The position numbers and the translations under genes were made by a program. Under the pieces are notes generated by a model, which made no database searches, was not told the DNA's origin, and was given only the letters and a program-made list of their open reading frames with translations. A DNA stretch of 64,000 nt from Podarcis filfolensis. Taxonomy: Eukaryota. How positions within the stretch are numbered: position 1 is the first letter of the stretch; the number at the start of each line of letters is the position of its first letter. The stretch lies in NCBI GenBank assembly GCA_964270895.1, contig OZ185440.1. One strand, written 5' to 3'. Below are positions 24,601 through 35,700 of the stretch, piece after piece.

Positions 24601-25997
24601 CTGGCCACACAACCCAGAAAACTGTCTGTGGGCAAACGCCAGCTCCCTCAGCCTGAAGTGAGATGAGTGCCGCACCCCATAGTTGCCTTTGACTGGACTT
24701 AACTGTCCAGGGTCTCCTTTACCTTACTTATAGCAGTGTGTTCCAATTGAGAATGCCAGTCATGCCCCTTTCCCCTGGATATTTCATTTCTCTCCCTTCC
24801 GGGTGGGATGTTGGTGTCTTGTTTAGCTATTCTTCCTGTTTGCATGGGTTCACGTGCTTTATGAATGGTCCAGAGGCTATCATAGCTAAAATCCTTCTTT
24901 CATTTGCAGTTAGAGAAAAGATTGGGCCCATTGCAACACCAGATTATATTCAGAATGCACCTGGCCTGCCCAAAACCCGCTCAGGTAAGATATGGATTTT
25001 ACAGTATATGTGCAGGAAGCACAGATCATGGTGCTGTAAATACCTCTTGCCTTACATTACAGGTTCTTGCTTTTAATTGAATTTACATTCTTTGCTTTCT
25101 TTTTGGAAACACAGTGTGGGAATTGGGAAAACTAGTAAAGCTGCGAGTAGCTATTTAGTAGCCTCTGTTGTCTTGGAGCCTTGTGGAAAACATGGAAATC
25201 ATCTTGCCTCTACTGTAGGGATGGCATGACAGTATGGTTTGATTGGCAGAAAGGATTTCTAATATGTCACAAGGCAGTAGTGGCTTGTGAGGAAACCCAG
25301 CCAGATGGGTGGGGTATTATTATTATTTATTGTACTGCCCATATAGATCAGTGGGAATTGTGTGGACAGCAACTCCCAAGGCAAGGTAGAAGTTGTTTAT
25401 CATCATGGGCTTAATAGACCACAAGCTTAACACAAGTCAAGTGTGATGCAGCAGCAAAATAAGCTAGTGCTCTTCTAGGCTGTACCAACAGAAGTCTAGT
25501 GCCCTCATCAAGGGAAGTAATAGTACCGCTCAGTTGTGGTTGTATGGCCATGTCTTGGATCCTTTAGTTGAGATTCCTGCATTGTAGGGACTTGGATTAG
25601 ATGACTCTTAGGGTTCCTTCCAACTCTACAGTTCAATTATTTTATTGTCTTTGGGCAAGTTGCTTAGAATTTTACTCCCAAGTTATTAATTTTATTCAAT
25701 TCATTGTATTTTATGTTTGTAGACTAATCTGGGGTCAAGAATCCCAGTGTATATCCTATTTTTAACAGCATGTCCTAAAATCCTGCGTCACTGCCTAAAT
25801 ACCATTCATTAATCATCTTTTTCTTGGAATGCAAGTACAGTTTGATGTTACACTGCCATTTCTTTGCAGGTAAAATTATGCGGCGGGTATTAAGAAAAAT
25901 TGCCAAAAATGACCAGGAGCTGGGAGATACCTCTACTGTGGCAGATCCAGCAGTTATAAACCACCTTTTCAGCAACCGGTGTGAGACAATACTGTAG
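592..25997 (+). CDS. ACSS2: Acetyl-CoA synthetase 2 (cytoplasmic), spliced CDS, 5'-incomplete (exons 1-2 outside window)
   Basis: 16 GT-AG exons splice in frame (1732 nt to TAG). They contain [33 protein letters not shown] and [11 protein letters not shown]. Exon sizes match the recalled human ACSS2 structure. Confidence 0.98.
2375..2478 (+). CDS. ACSS2: ACSS2 exon 4 (104 nt) [34 protein letters not shown]
   Basis: tttcacag acceptor, GTG|gtagga donor. Confidence 0.97.
2998..3070 (+). CDS. ACSS2: ACSS2 exon 5 (73 nt) [24 protein letters not shown]
   Basis: tttttag acceptor, CAG|gtaaaa donor. Confidence 0.97.
3399..3484. repeat. Hairpin-type dispersed repeat; relatives at about 16530, 33411, 34634, 49608 and 58660
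   Basis: Inverted termini TGCAATCC...GGATTGCA with internal CCCACTGA/AGAGTGGG stem. Confidence 0.6.
4140..4336 (+). mobile_element. CR1-type LINE 3' UTR fragment
   Basis: CATCTGGTTGGCCACTGTGAGAACAGG...CTAGATGGGCC...GATCCAGCAGGCT, shared with the 22760 and 60268 copies. Confidence 0.7.
4940..5015 (+). CDS. ACSS2: ACSS2 exon 6 (76 nt) [25 protein letters not shown]
   Basis: tttgtag acceptor, CAA|gtaagt donor. Confidence 0.97.
5372..5720 (-). mobile_element. Sauria SINE, full length
   Basis: tRNA-like head GGGACACGGGTGGCACTGTGG on minus, central GAAAGCACGTCAAAGTGCAAGTAGAT, tail GGGGTCCCTTTACCT. Confidence 0.9.
5967..6216 (-). mobile_element. tRNA-derived SINE (Squam3-type) with (TTC)n tail
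   Basis: Near-identical to 57811..58057; A/B-box-like head. Confidence 0.88.
6410..6524 (+). CDS. ACSS2: ACSS2 exon 7 (115 nt) [38 protein letters not shown]
   Basis: ccttgtag acceptor, CAG|gtgagt donor. Confidence 0.96.
7385..7500. mobile_element. Short imperfectly palindromic non-autonomous DNA element; related copies near 4650..4758 and 11565..11680
   Basis: CTCCCATAATCCCTGACCATTGACCATGCTGGCTGGGACTGATGGGAG core recurs in both orientations. Confidence 0.55.
8728..8766 (+). CDS. ACSS2: ACSS2 in-frame cassette exon (39 nt) [13 protein letters not shown]
   Basis: ttttaacag acceptor, AAG|gtattt donor, phase 0/0. The peptide resembles the recalled 13-aa insert (GKLKEKSKRVQPQ) of the long human ACSS2 isoform at the same junction. 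Confidence 0.85.
13199..13336 (+). CDS. ACSS2: ACSS2 exon 8 (138 nt) [46 protein letters not shown]
   Basis: ttcttcag acceptor, AAG|gtatgt donor; AMP-binding loop motif. Confidence 0.98.
13597..13790 (+). mobile_element. Older tRNA-derived SINE; related degraded copies near 23110..23260 (-) and 57290..57432 (+)
   Basis: TGGTAGAG...GAAGGTCCCAGGTTCA head; CTGCCAGTCA...GATGG...GGTCTGACT tail shared among copies. Confidence 0.65.
14514..14529. promoter_or_regulatory. Palindromic CTCF-type motif CTGCCACCTGGTGGCA in ACSS2 intron 8
   Basis: Minus strand reads CCACCAGGTGGCAG, matching the CTCF core. Confidence 0.55.
14560..14801 (+). mobile_element. Non-autonomous Tc1/mariner-superfamily MITE (242 bp), family A
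   Basis: TA flanks, TIR CAGTGGTA(T/C)CTC...GAGGTACCACTG, internal CAGGTTAC/CAGGTTAAG repeats; second copy at 58974. Confidence 0.9.
14919..15089 (+). CDS. ACSS2: ACSS2 exon 9 (171 nt) GVVHTIGGY...[21 protein letters not shown]
   Basis: tgtttcag acceptor, TTA|gtaagt donor. Confidence 0.98.
15494..15627 (+). CDS. ACSS2: ACSS2 exon 10 (134 nt) [12 protein letters not shown]...[20 protein letters not shown]
   Basis: ctgctcag acceptor, GAA|gtaagt donor. Confidence 0.98.
16285..16417 (+). CDS. ACSS2: ACSS2 exon 11 (133 nt) [21 protein letters not shown]...VDTFWQTET
   Basis: atggcag acceptor, ACT|gtgagt donor. Confidence 0.98.
16994..17050 (+). CDS. ACSS2: ACSS2 exon 12 (57 nt) [19 protein letters not shown]
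   Basis: cctgcag acceptor, GCT|gtaagt donor. Confidence 0.97.
17491..17571 (+). CDS. ACSS2: ACSS2 exon 13 (81 nt) [27 protein letters not shown]
   Basis: ttggcag acceptor, CTG|gtaaga donor. Confidence 0.97.
17823..17864. repeat. Compound (AG)n/(CA)n microsatellite
   Basis: Direct reading. Confidence 0.95.
17900..18310 (-). mobile_element. L2-type LINE ORF2 fragment (decayed, downstream of RT core)
   Basis: Translation [15 protein letters not shown]...CSLGLHL...AQV...FFQLRLV resembles L2 WM..N.LKLN..KTE...LGV.LD...QLR. Confidence 0.8.
19774..19882 (+). CDS. ACSS2: ACSS2 exon 14 (109 nt) [36 protein letters not shown]
   Basis: ccttttag acceptor, ATG|gtaagg donor. Confidence 0.98.
20632..20700 (+). 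CDS. ACSS2: ACSS2 exon 15 (69 nt) [22 protein letters not shown]
   Basis: ccctgccag acceptor, CTG|gtaaga donor. Confidence 0.98.
22235..22325 (-). mobile_element. L2-like LINE 3' fragment
   Basis: GCAGGTGCCGAAAACCGTACAGTGAAGGGGCCTGCCTGATGTCAATAGGC preceded by A-rich tail complement; recognised from memory of squamate L2. Confidence 0.5.
22411..22587 (+). CDS. ACSS2: ACSS2 exon 16 (177 nt) [15 protein letters not shown]...DELKKQ
   Basis: tttgcag acceptor, AAG|gtaacc donor. Confidence 0.98.
22760..23098 (+). mobile_element. CR1-type LINE 3' fragment (end of ORF2 plus 3' UTR)
   Basis: AAGTACTTCTTCAC...ATGGAATTTGCTCCCAC...GTGATGGC typical CR1 ORF2 end, followed by the shared 3' UTR motif. Confidence 0.75.
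24351..24725 (+). mobile_element. Sauria SINE, more diverged copy
   Basis: Aligns by eye with the 5372 and 48580 copies. Confidence 0.88.
24910..24984 (+). CDS. ACSS2: ACSS2 exon 17 (75 nt) [24 protein letters not shown]
   Basis: tttgcag acceptor, CAG|gtaaga donor. Confidence 0.98.
25415..25632 (+). mobile_element. CR1 LINE fragments (ORF2 piece joined to 3' end)
   Basis: GTGTGATGCAGCAGC...AAGCTAGTGC...TAGGCTG and GATTAGATGACTCTTAGGGTTCCTTCCAACTCT. Confidence 0.7.
25870..25997 (+). CDS. ACSS2: ACSS2 terminal exon, coding part (128 nt) [41 protein letters not shown]
   Basis: tttgcag acceptor; TAG at 25995-25997; completes PKTRSGK (catalytic/acetylated lysine). Confidence 0.98.
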
Positions 25998-27895
25998 CAA
26001 GGCAATTCTAGAAGAAAACAGCAGTAGTGCAGGGATTTGGTGAGAATATGGCCCCATTGAGATAATGACTGAGTTTCTCTTGAGATGAAGAAGCTGCCCA
26101 ACGCTGAGCTGAATGTAAAATGCTGTAAATGAAGAGAAGAAACTGGTGCTCCAAGATCCAGTCCTTTTGTGTTGTAGATCTAGTTGTCTGTGCCTCTGGA
26201 GAACTGTGTGCATTATGTTGTAGACCGGTAACTACATATCTGAAATTCCAGCCTCATTCACGTCGTACAGAATGACAAAATTAACATTTTAACTTTCATG
26301 GATTAGTTTCATGAATTGTTTGTTTTTATTTTATTTTTTTACCTCTTAACGTGCTGCAAATGGGCAGAGCTTAGAATGTGTAGGCATTGGTGTAAGAAGA
26401 TGGCTTTGCTCCCGAGTGGTAGTTAAAGGCTTTGAGAACCGACAAACTGAACAGTAATCCTCATGTTGAGGAAGAATTATTGGAACAATTTTTTTTAGAA
26501 ATCAAGCATTCATTAGGTTTCTTTCTTTATAAAATCCTGGATCCTCTGGCTGCATGCCATGGGAAAATCGAAGTTTATAGAAAAACTGCAATTCTGAAGC
26601 TGTATAAAACTACTTTTCATGCTATTAATGACAATGACTTTCCCCCTTAAAAGGGAATAAGGCTATCTATATGTTTTGGATTTTAATAGTACATTTGTGT
26701 ATGTGTGGGTGCAGAGCTGAATTTTCCCAGTGCATCAATTTTTTTGTGTGGGTGGGTGGAAGCAAATTCAGGGAATTATAGTCATGAAAAGTTGCATTCA
26801 GTGCCTAGATGTATCCTAGAGGGAGGTTCATAAATTTTCCGTGGCTGTTGGTTGGTGCAATTCCTGTACCAATTGAATATGGGTAGGGATTCACTTGGAT
26901 GGATGCAAAGCAGGTGCTGTAGTGATACCCAAAGTTTCAGTGACATGGGGCAATTCAGTTGCTTGGTTTTCCAAGTGACCAGCTATGACACACAATCACA
27001 TGAAGAAAATGGATATAGCCAGTGATTCTCACCTATGTTTGCTATGGCTGGGGAAAGCGTAGCTGCATTTGTGGAAATTGTTTCCAGGTAAATTTTTATT
27101 TAGTCCAGTTTATGCTTCCATTTCTTGATATAATAATGGACATATATGTGACCAAATACGAGTTGCTACTTTTGTGGAGAGACAAATAATCATAACAACA
27201 CTGTGACCGTTCTGCAGACAACTATGCAGAGGTGTCTTTTCTCATGGTTGGGTGAATATATCCATCGTTCACAATACAGCAAAGTCACAGTTAAGGATTT
27301 GCTTATTCTAGGTTTTTCACCGTTCAGGTAGCAAAGAAAAAAATATCAAATCAAGTTTAGGTAGAGATCAGATGTGGACACATAACTGGGATTCCCCCCC
27401 CCCCCAATAATTTGATCCCACAACTCAAACTCCCTAATAAATGTAGATGAAAAAAAACAGGCTTCTTGTCTCAATAAATTTTGTCAGGGTATGTAATTCT
27501 AGCACATCCTTCAGTGCTGCTGAACTGGAAAATGCCGTCCTCCAATTTTTTAAATTGAAATCAAAGCTTTAACTGTGGTAGCCACAATGGTGTATCCCAA
27601 GATGTCTTCTTTGCCCATGTAATTAAAGCATGTCCCGAAAACCATGTGCTTGACGAATAATTTAACATTTTTCTGACCTTGACTCATGGTTATACCTTTC
27701 TCATTTCTTACCTGCTGTTAGTATTCTAAATGCACTTGTCTGTGGTCTGCAACATTGGTGTATATTTAATCTAATGTCCTGCAGCATTAAAGGTGAGCCA
27801 GTGGCTTGCTATGTGCTGGTAACATGAAATAAGTCCTTTTAATCTTGGTCTGACATAATTTTGGTTGGGAAATGGCTAGAATTGTTTTTAACTGA

Positions 27896-27914
27896 AATAA
27901 ATCAAAGAAATAAA
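27896..27914 (+). terminator. ACSS2: Probable distal poly(A) signals of ACSS2 (two AATAAA)
   Basis: AATAAA at 27896 and 27909 followed by GT/T-rich sequence; proximal AATAAA also at 27436 and 27473. Confidence 0.6.
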
Positions 27915-28269
27915 ATCTATAAAGCCGTCACAGTTGGTTGTGGATTTTTTTTGTTTATATTCATAGTGCCTGGTTTTCATTTTGAAACCTAGACCAGACT
28001 TTGGCTTCATTTTGATATAACCCTAAAGCCATGGTTCAGCACAAGATGAACAATCCCAGCATGCTTCTGGGCTGTTTCCCTCGCAAAGAAAGAGCCTGGA
28101 AACTTGTGCTTTCCTTACATGCAGTTTGCTGAAGCTAAGGCAACATTATTTTAAAAACACAGGCTTCTGTCAATTGATAATCTAACTCAGAGCTGACTCA
28201 CTGAAATTCATGGACAAGAAACTCCATTAATTTTATCACTGATTGTTTTCCATTAGATAGCAAAGTGCT

Positions 28270-28275
28270 TTTATT
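28270..28275 (-). terminator. GSS: Probable poly(A) signal of GSS
   Basis: The only minus-strand AATAAA (TTTATT on +) I found between the GSS stop (29668) and the ACSS2 3' end. Confidence 0.45.
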
Positions 28276-29667
28276 TAGAAAACTCATTTAGACAATTGCT
28301 GAGAAAATATGTCTAAATTGTTACCTTTTTTTTCCTGTTGGTCCTTAATACTGTGCTCTCAATTAAGACATGTTAATTTTATAAGCCTCTCCTCTAAAGA
28401 CATATATTCTAGGCATAAGAAGTTTGTAGTTTAAAAAAATAGGTTCAAAGGCCTTGATCCAGAAAGATCCATGTATAAATTGAGATGCTGCTGTTTAGAA
28501 AGAAAACCAAAGCCATCCCAGCTCTATAAACCCCATCTTTTAAAAACAATATTGATATGCAGTTTCAAAGTAACTTATTTGACTTCATTAAATTTCCCCT
28601 ATCTTAAAATGGCACATAGCTTGGTTTTGTAGGTGAGTATATTCCAATTGTTAATGCTCAGGGTTTTGTTTTGGTGAGCAAACATCTTCCATAGTTTCAA
28701 AATGTTTGAAAACTTTAACATGATTAACTTCTGCTTCTTTCAAAACATCAGCAGATAGCATGTTGAACACAAGTGTATTCTTCAAAAATGAGTATGTTCA
28801 GATTCTGAGCATACTATATTATGTGACTACTGGATATTACTCACCAAAGTAGCATAGGAGAGACCAGATTGATCAACCAGTTATTTCAGCTGAAATAAAA
28901 TCTGAGATCCTTACAACTTATGATATCACAGGACATTCTTATTACTGTTGTTTGTCTCTGAAATCTGTTTCCCAAGAGCTCACCTTCCTTTTCTTAACCC
29001 TCTTCCTTTAGCATACACATTCTGCCTTTTCAAAATGTTACAGGAGGGGTCCAGGAGCATTGAAATAAAATCACCTCTTGTCTGGGGGTTTTCTTTTCCT
29101 TTCCTACTGTGTGCCCTTTTTCCTGTGCCATATCACAATGTTTGTTCATTGTTCTGTGACCTTGCATGCAGTTTTTCCTTTGTGATGTATTCCTCTCAAA
29201 CAAGAACGTAACAGAAAGCAGGAAGTGTTGCACAGCATCTTATGCTCAGAAGAGTAACCCTCGCCAATGCAGAAGAGATCAAGATAATACACTATTTTGC
29301 TACCAGGCCCTTGAAGGTGCATGTGTAGCAGCTGGTATAGTGCTGTCTCAGGAAATGCCTGATTAGAACATCAACAGATTGTCCATGGTCACAGTACAGT
29401 AAAAGGGCATGAAGTCTGTGAGAATCATGCTAAGGGTGCTTCAAACAGGAAATTGTCAAAGAAAGTCAACTGGAATCCAGTATTTTCTTGAGACCAGGAA
29501 GAAGCAGTGCAACTCTGCCTGCTTTGTATCTTGGGGTCACTGGTGAGAGGAGGGCTTCCAGTATCAATCTGATTGTCAAGTCCGCCCGTTGGCAATCATG
29601 CCCTAAAAGAGAATGTCTCTTATTTTAAGCACAGTGAGGATGATGTCAGTGATGAGGTATTCTGTTT

Positions 29668-29791
29668 TCATATCACATAGGGAGTATCCAGAACAGCCAC
29701 TCCAGCTGCTACTCCGCCATCTGCATGTTCGACAGCCTTTGTTCGCAAGAGATGGCCAACATGCTTGTTCACCACAAGATCCTGACCCAGT
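29668..29791 (-). CDS. GSS: GSS terminal exon, coding part (124 nt) [40 protein letters not shown]
   Basis: cttgcag acceptor; TGA at 29670-29668. Confidence 0.98.
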
Positions 29792-32700
29792 CTGCAAGAG
29801 AAAAATCAAAAGGACTAATTAAATTCATATAGTAACAGTTTTGACTCTGCAGTCTCACCAAACTCCTGCTTTGTTAACAGTGCCTGCTTGATGTACAGTT
29901 TACCAGTGTTTATATATGCATACTGACTTAAGAGTTTTACAATTCTTACAGAATTATGCATGAGCAATAACCATTTCAGTGGGCACAATGGAGGGTTGTG
30001 TGATTTACCCAATCAGAAATTAGTATCCGCTTTAGAATTGATGCACCTAATGCCCTCTATATACACCCACACACCACCTACTAAGCAATGTGTGTGTTAC
30101 ACTATTGGCATTAATTATATTGCTGCCATAGTAATAAAAACGTAGGAGGCTGCTTTATATTGCATAAGATCATTGGCCCCTCCAGAGACCTGTTTATTGA
30201 GCACTCATCCAATTTGCGTACCCAGAGGTTGGATTATATCTGCTCTTTACTGATTATTCATTTTGATTTGCTGGCAGAGCAGGTACACAACTGAGAATTT
30301 GGCCTGCATTCATGCTAACACAGAATCAGAGTTGGAAGGGACCCCAAGGGTCATCTATTCCAACCCCCTGCAATGCAGGAATCTCAACTAAAGCATCCCT
30401 GACAGATGGCCATCCAACCTATGCTTAAAAACCTCCAATGAAGAAGAGTCTACCTCCTTCCGAGGAAGTCCACTCCACTGACTTATGCACATTCCCGTAA
30501 GCCAATGCATTTCTCCATGTCTTCTGAAAACAGAAGTGTTGTTTTTTTAAAGCAGATTTGTTGTGCTAGGCAACAGAGCCCTTTAATCCACTTTAATTGT
30601 ACCTAAGGTTCCAACATGGGCTTGAATACTTCTTGCATAATAGACACCTTCACTGACAAAAGTGCTGTATTGTTTTTCACAGCACTACTTTGGAGATGCT
30701 ACAGATTGCACCTGGAACACATGCTATGGATACAGAAAGTACCATCAATGAGCTCTGTAACACTTCCATTGCTCCAGAGTTCCTGTCCAGTGACACATTA
30801 TTTAGCCCAGTACTAACCAATGCTATATGCATAGGAATACAAAACTATTAAAAGCAAAGGCACAGACCCAGTAAATAATGTTACTTTCTCACCTGACGTA
30901 GACGCCAAAAATTCCCAATTCAGACACACATTCTGATACTTTCAGTGGACTGTGAGCCCTCAGTAAATAATTCAGTGCAGGGAGAGGCTTTATCTTGTCC
31001 ATGAGAATGTAGGAGGTCCTTTCTGGACTGTCTTTAATTTTCTCTAGAACCTGCTTGAGCTCTTCACCATAGAGGTTGTTCCCTGACAAACACAGCAGCA
31101 GGTAAAATGAATTCACTAGAGTTGGAGTAACTGGAGGATAAAGGTGTGTGTTGGGTCCCTGTAGCTACCCCAGTAAGTATAGAACATGAAGAAAAGCAAT
31201 CACTGACAACTGGCACCAGTGTAAGTGGTAAGCAAGCCAATGGGCTTGAACCATCAGCTGATCCATGGGTGTGTGTGGGTGTGTGTTTGGTTGGTTGGTT
31301 GGTTTGGGAGAAATGATCCTGATCCAAAATGTGTAGAATATGCTTAGATAATGCTTCCACAACATTTTGTTTTATCAGCTAAATTGCTTCTAACCTTTTT
31401 TCCTACTAAGTTTAAATTTCAGTTGGGATACAGTACCGGAAGAAAGCACTACAGAATTATTTGCTACAGCATCAGGGAAGACAATTTGTCCCTAATAAGC
31501 TACTTTTGTTCTTGCAGAATTATTTAAAAGGTGTGTGCATACAGATACCGTATTTTTCGCCCTATAGGACGCACTTTCCCCCCTCCAAAAATGAAGGGGA
31601 AATGTGTGTGTGTCCTATGGGGCGAATGCAGGCTTTCGCTGAAGCCTGGAAAGCGAGAGGGGTCGGTGCGTACCGACCCCTCTTGCTCTCCAGGCTTCAA
31701 GAAGCTATTCCCCCAGCCCGACAAGCTCCCAGAGCGATGCCAAAGCTGCGCGCAGCTTCGCCATCGCTCTGGGACCCGTTCTGGGGGCTGGGGTCGGGGG
31801 AAGCTCAGGCTTCCCCCGCCCGCAGCCTCGCAAGCTCCGAGAGCGATGGCGAACGTGCGTGCACCTTCGCCAGCGCTCTCCGACCCGCGCTGGGGGCGGG
31901 GGAAGCTCTGGCTCCCCCCCCTTTATTCCCCCCCCCCAAATCTAGGTGCGTCCTATGGGCCAGTGCGTCCTATTGGGTGAAAAATACGGTAAGTCCTGAT
32001 CCTTGAACCAGGCTGTTGACTCATCATACACAAAGAGAACCAGTTACTGACCTCCTCCCTCACGTTGTGGCTTTAACACAAAGCGGTCTGGGTCAGCAAT
32101 AGCCATGGCAATTATCTTATCACCTTCTTCATCCTGCAAGGAGGAGGAGAACGGGGAGATATATACACATACATATTCTCTCTCTCTCTCTCTCTCACAC
32201 ACTCACACACACACACACACTCACACACACACACACACAGCACAAGTTTTGCATATATATTTTTTACAACTTTGGCTTTAACTAAGTTCTATTGCCTAAC
32301 AAATAAAATTCTTGACAAAACAGATTTCACAATGTATGAAGACTATAAGAACACATTCATCACAACAATCTCCTCAGATGTTGTACTGTGCTGCATTTTA
32401 AAAAATACATCCAGTTCAAGGCAGTGTACGTATCCCTCTACGCATTACTACTTACCATCTCCATAGAATAAAGGCCGGTGAATGTTGCTCTTAATCGAGC
32501 CACTGCTTCTGGTTTATTTGGCAGTAATTTTTCCAGTGTTCCTGGTCGGCTCAGCTCCTGCTGAACTTTTTTGGTCCCAGCAAGCTGTGTGGCAATATCA
32601 GGGCACTTAACTGCTCTAGATCTTTCCAACAGCAACCGTGCCTCCCAGTTCTTTCACAAAAACAGAAAAAAAGATAATTTCAATCAAGGTTCTATATAAC

Positions 32701-35700
32701 ATGTATTGTTTAATATTTCAAGTTTTATGCATTCAAATACATGGGTAGGTGCAGAGGTTGACACTAACTGGGATCCAAAGTACCATCTTCTGCTTGCAGA
32801 GGGGGTTTTCATATTTAGCCTTGCAGCTCCACACACCTCCTTCCAAGCCATTCAGAGAATCACCCCAAGAGGCAAACCTAGGATCAAGTGGAGGAACCAT
32901 AAGCGGCTGGGTCCCTCCTCATGACCCCTTGGAAGGGTGGCATTGGTAAGAATGATATAATTGTATGCAGATACACACGCCACTGCTACTCAAGGCACAA
33001 CAAAACCTAGCAAAAACTGATATTTTCAGAGCTCAAACTGAATACGTGGCTAGAAAACATTTCTATTTACCCATGATAGCCACAAGCCTGCATATAGCAA
33101 GTCAGCTAAAAGCACCATGACTATTAAGCTCTGAAGTAAAATATGTAGATTTAGATGGCATATTGAGGCAAACAAGCCACCAGTCTCTCAGCACCGAACA
33201 AGTTAAGATATCACTTCCACCAGCTGGATGTCTTGGGAAATTGGCTGAACTACTTCTAGAATTAGCTGTTTGATAGAATGTATTCAGAATTCCCCAGGTG
33301 ATTACCAAACAACTAAAGAATTACACATGCACTGAATTCATATTTGGGGTCCAACTGTGCCAAGGATAATGTCACAGTGCCGCAGAGCTTGCACTCAAGA
33401 TTTCAAGACAGTGGATGATATTCAGTGTCAATTAGAGTAGACCCATTGCAATCAATGGACTTAATTGTTTCAGTGGGTCCACTCAGAGTATGACTTAGCT
33501 GGGTATTACCCAGTAATACGAACCTGTTTGTTATAATTCTTTGGCACGTAACCTTCTCTATAGTACACCACTGCAACTTCCTCCCCATCTCTGAAATAAA
33601 GATAAGGAAAACAATCAGTGGTTCCTTCAACATGGCTCTCTCTCACACAAGATTAAAATATTATATACAATACATTCTACAGATGTAGGATTCTGTTCCA
33701 TTTATGAATTGTTTTCTAATCCTGCAAGAAGGGACTTACAAAAGAAAGCTTTCAAATAAATTACCTAGTGGATCAATAGATCACAATCTCTCTGCTTATG
33801 GATACAAATATTAGTTCCATTCAGAGTTCTTTGGTGAAGTCTATATAGAAACTTTCCATGTTTTAAGTTGTGTATCAGTAGTACATAACTGAACATGTAA
33901 GAACTGCATAGCAATGGAGTTTCCAAACGAGTAGCATGACCTGAATCTTGACAATCTGAACACACTTGTTTTATTAACAGCAACATTAATGAAAATAAGA
34001 GTCTTCATTAAAACCCCGGAAACATAGCAGATACTTAATGTTTACATAACAACCCAAAATGCAGTTTATTATGCAAACTGCGGGAGGCAGTGGAAGACAG
34101 GAGTGCCTGGCGTGCTCTGGTCCATGAGGTCGAGAAGAGTTGGACACGACTAAACGACTAAACAACAACAACAACAAGCATATCAAAGTGGACTTATTAG
34201 CACTCCCAACATCAGCCTGTGTTATTTTTTACATATGCCAAAACTACAGCGTGAAATCCTCCTTGAAACCACATATGGGCTATCCACACATTAAGCTAAA
34301 GTTTGTGTGCTCACTATACTTACATATGCAATCTCTTGTCATTGTCCAAAGACGCTTTTTCAAACACATCTTTAAATCTTCTTCGGATCACCCGGATATT
34401 CCTTTAGGAAACAGACAAGAAATATTAAGGCTAAAGTCCTATACACAATTACCTGGGAGTAAGTCACAATTGCATTATGAGATTAGCTTTATATATGTTC
34501 ATGTTATAAATCCTGCACTGTATTTTAAAGCTTAGTTAGGAAAAGATAATGTAGCTATATACAATATGCATTGAACTTCTAACAGTATTGAAGAACCCAC
34601 TTTTGTCACAGAACCTTTCTGCAGTGAGGTATCACACAGAGAACAATCCAGCCTGTTATAGCACAGAGGATGTCTACTCTGAAGTATGTCCCATTAATTT
34701 CAGTGGCACTTACTCGGAGGTCAGTGGGTATCAGATTGCAGTTTTAAACCCTTCAAGTCCTGTTAATTATAATAGGAGAGTTAAATGCTAAATCGTGTCA
34801 TTAGGTTTTACTAGGACAACAGTCTTTTTGCACCTTAAAAGTGTAATGAATTTATCTTTAAAAAGTATTATTTAGCAGAGCCAAAAAAAATGTCATTAAG
34901 CATGAATGATGTAAGTAAGACCAGATTTCACAGGACTAATTAAATGGCATTACATGAAACACTTCATCTTATTAGATGAAAAAAATTACCTCATCCAAAG
35001 TTCATTTTCTACACAGCGTTGGTCAAAAATATTCCTCTGAGCCTCTTCAACTAGGAACATTACCACTGCTCTGAAACAAAAACAGAACATATATCAATAT
35101 ACTAAGTTTCCTCATTTAAAAATATATTTTTGTGCTTCTTACTACTATTTACAGCAGCTGTACTGAAAACTTCTACAACAGGCCAAAACTACAGTGCCAG
35201 ATAATACTTGCAGGAAGGCACAATAGAGTGCTGCTTTATACTGTACATTTGCCACTCCCTGCTGTTTCTACGCCTTTCTTCTACATCTTTGTGCATGTAT
35301 ATGACAATTATACAAAGAATCAAACAGATACAAAGAGGAGATATCCATAATAAGGAATTTATAGTTTAACATCTGAAAGGTTTCCTAATAATCCATGCAT
35401 CCAACAGCTGGGGTCTTCCTTCAAGTAGTTATACTAGCTTTGTGGTTCTACCCTATAAGAGGAAATGGGTTAAACAAGTAGTTGAACAGTAGAATTATAT
35501 GTAAAACAGCTTCAGTTGATTTATCTAGCTGGGGAGAGAAAGGTCTATAAACAGACCCTCCTGGTTCAGTGAAGAAAAACCCCCACTACTGCCGGCATTG
35601 TTTTGCAGGTAGTGGCCCTGAGACCAGTTTTTCCATCTATGCCAAGAGACATTTGAAAGGAGGTGTCTTCCATAACATACAGGAATGTTGTTGTCCCCCT

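Noticed and set aside
31461-32006. 181-aa and 149-aa ORFs
   Set aside because: They lie within a GC-rich MITE in a GSS intron; no transposase motifs
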